Part shown: positions 62,488-64,000 of the stretch, one piece after another | How positions within the stretch are numbered: position 1 is the first letter of the stretch | How the letters are laid out: every line of letters begins with the position of its first letter | Assembly: GCA_963813335.1 (NCBI GenBank) | Contig: CAWEYL010000001.1 | Span: forward strand, 448,001 to 512,000 | From: an uncultured Chloroflexia bacterium | GTDB taxonomy: Bacteria > Chloroflexota > Limnocylindria > Limnocylindrales > CSP1-4 | Direction of reading: 5' to 3' | Length of the DNA: 64,000 nucleotides | Notes under the pieces: model-generated | What the model saw: only the letters and a program-made list of their open reading frames with translations | What the model was told of the DNA's origin: nothing | Database searches by the model: none | Program-made: the position numbers and the translations under genes

Positions 62488-63833
62488 GCACGGCCAGCCT
62501 GCTCATGCCGACCCGGATCCTCGTCGTGGGGAGCGGTGGCCGCGAGCACGCGCTGGCCTGGAAGCTCGGGTCCGAGCCGGGCGTCAACGAGGTCGATCGT
62601 GGCGCCCGGGAGCGACGCGCATCGCGCGCGAGCCGCGGGTCCGCCGCGCCGACGTCGACCCGCTCGACGGGGCGGCCGTCGTGGCCCTGGCGCGTCGCGA
62701 GGCGGTCGAGCTGGTCGTCGATCGGCCCCGAGGCCCCGCTGGCGGCCGGTGTCGCCGATGCGCTCGAAGCCGCCGGGATCGCGGTCTTCGGGCCGACCGC
62801 CGCGGCCGCCGCCATCGAGAGCAGCAAGGCGTTCTGCCACGAGGTCGCCGCCGCCGCCGGCGTGCGGATGGCGCGTGCGGCCGCGTTCGGTTCGGTGGAG
62901 CCGGCCATCGCCTTCGCCGGAGCGCTCGACGCCGATGGCGCCGGGATCGTCGTCAAGGCCGACGGCCTGGCTGCCGGCAAGGGCGTGACGGTCTGCGACG
63001 ACCTCGCCGCGGCCGAGGCCGCCATCACGGCCGCCCTGGGCGCGCCCGGTGCCCGGGTCGTCGTCGAGGAGCGGCTCCACGGTCGCGAGGCCAGCCTCAT
63101 CGCGCTGTGCGACGGGCGCGAGGCGCTCGCCCTCCCGCTGTCGCGCGACCACAAGCGGCTGGCCGACGGCGATCGCGGCCCGAACACGGGCGGGATGGGC
63201 GCGTACAGCCCGCTCACCGACCTGCCCGACGACCGGATCCCCGCCCTGGTCGAGGCGTTCCACCGCCCGATCCTCGCCGAGCTGGCCCGCCGCGGCTCCC
63301 CGTTCCGTGGCGCGCTCTACGCCGGCCTGATGCTGACCGCCGACGGGCCGGTCCTGCTCGAGTGCAACGCCCGGTTCGGCGATCCCGAGACCCAGGCGAT
63401 CCTGCCGCGTCTGGCGGTCGCCCTCGGGCCGTTGCTGCTGGCCGCGGCCCGCGGCGATCTCGCCGGGGCGTCGCGGGCGCTCGGGCTCACGGACACGCGG
63501 CTCCCGGTCGTCCCGGGGGCGACGGTCGCGCTCGTGCTGGCCGCCGCCGGCTACCCGGACGCGCCCCGGCGCGGCGACGCGATCGCGGGCCTGGACGCGG
63601 CCGCGGAGACCGGCGCCATCGTCTTCCACGCGGGCACGGCCGTCGACGCGGATGGCACCGTCCGGACGGCCGGTGGCCGGGTCCTCGCGGTCGTCGGGCG
63701 CGGCCCCGACCTGGACGCCGCCCGCGACCAGGCGGAACGCGCCGCGGGCGCCATCACGTGGGACGGCCTCCAGCGCCGCCATGACATCGGCGCGGACGCG
63801 CCCCAGGCGGCCCTCGCCGGAGCCGCCCGATGA
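62484..63833 (+). CDS. purD: Phosphoribosylamine--glycine ligase with three +1 frameshifts
   Basis: VGSGGREHAL, IGPEAPL, KADGLAAGKG, DHKR..GPNTGGMG, NARFGDPE. Start is GTG 62484 or ATG 62505. Confidence 0.95.
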   Translation: MSTASLLMPTRILVVGSGGREHALAWKLGSEPGVNEVDRGARERRASRASRGSAAPTSTRSTGRPSWPWRVARRSSWSSIGPEAPLAAGVADALEAAGIAVFGPTAAAAAIESSKAFCHEVAAAAGVRMARAAAFGSVEPAIAFAGALDADGAGIVVKADGLAAGKGVTVCDDLAAAEAAITAALGAPGARVVVEERLHGREASLIALCDGREALALPLSRDHKRLADGDRGPNTGGMGAYSPLTDLPDDRIPALVEAFHRPILAELARRGSPFRGALYAGLMLTADGPVLLECNARFGDPETQAILPRLAVALGPLLLAAARGDLAGASRALGLTDTRLPVVPGATVALVLAAAGYPDAPRRGDAIAGLDAAAETGAIVFHAGTAVDADGTVRTAGGRVLAVVGRGPDLDAARDQAERAAGAITWDGLQRRHDIGADAPQAALAGAAR

Positions 63834-64000
63834 TCCGCCGCTACACGCTCGCCGAGATGGGCGCGATCTGGTCCGAGCAGGCGCGCTTCGAGGCGATGCT
63901 CCGGGTCGAGCTCGCGGTCGCGCGCGCGCAGGCCGGTCGCGGCCTGATCCCGGCGGATGCGCTCGCCGCGCTCGAGACGCGCTCGCGAGTCGACGTCGAG
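63830..64000 (+). CDS. purB: Adenylosuccinate lyase, 5' part (runs off window)
   Basis: MIRRYTLAEMGAIWSEQARFEAMLRVELA; ATG overlaps the purD stop. Confidence 0.88.
   Translation, partial: MIRRYTLAEMGAIWSEQARFEAMLRVELAVARAQAGRGLIPADALAALETRSRVDVE

Noticed and set aside
61179-63833. 884-aa ORF that looks like a PurA-PurD fusion
   Set aside because: Product of +1 insertions. PurA continues in another frame to its own stop at 62487 and PurD starts separately.

Overview
High-GC (roughly 70% by eye) bacterial chromosome segment. Gene content and protein style (dcw cluster with sbp, Cys-motif LysM protein, two-subunit NAD synthetase, Pro/Ser/Ala-rich lipoprotein linkers) suggest Chloroflexota, possibly Limnocylindria/Ellin6529-like (inference). 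It is mostly housekeeping: sdhB, RNase HI, rnpB, a dcw cluster (mraZ to ftsZ-yggS-DUF167, without murE or murC), tRNA-Val, cydAB, acnA, gcvT-H-PA-PB, two convergent peptide ABC operons, split NadE, rsmI, cax, aldB, ssb, a GGDEF/HD-GYP gene and purA-purD-purB. No CRISPR array, integrase or transposase was seen. Signals the ORF track does not show: (1) a ~225-nt rod-like RNA before mraZ (6S-like candidate); (2) a promoter-bounded ~170-nt structured RNA with a competing terminator in front of purA; (3) a hidden 80-aa four-Cys protein, broken by one extra base, divergent from a Cys-rich LysM membrane protein; (4) a circularly permuted DppA; (5) an orphan 65-aa gene inside dcw; (6) a perfect DnaA box at the ftsZ promoter; (7) a membrane-spanning SARP regulator with a beta-propeller domain, paired with a beta-propeller lipoprotein; (8) six +1 frameshifts, each holding both synonymous wobble alleles, which points to a mixed-strain consensus artefact. 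All calls come from reading motifs and pairings by eye; no searches or folding programs were run.
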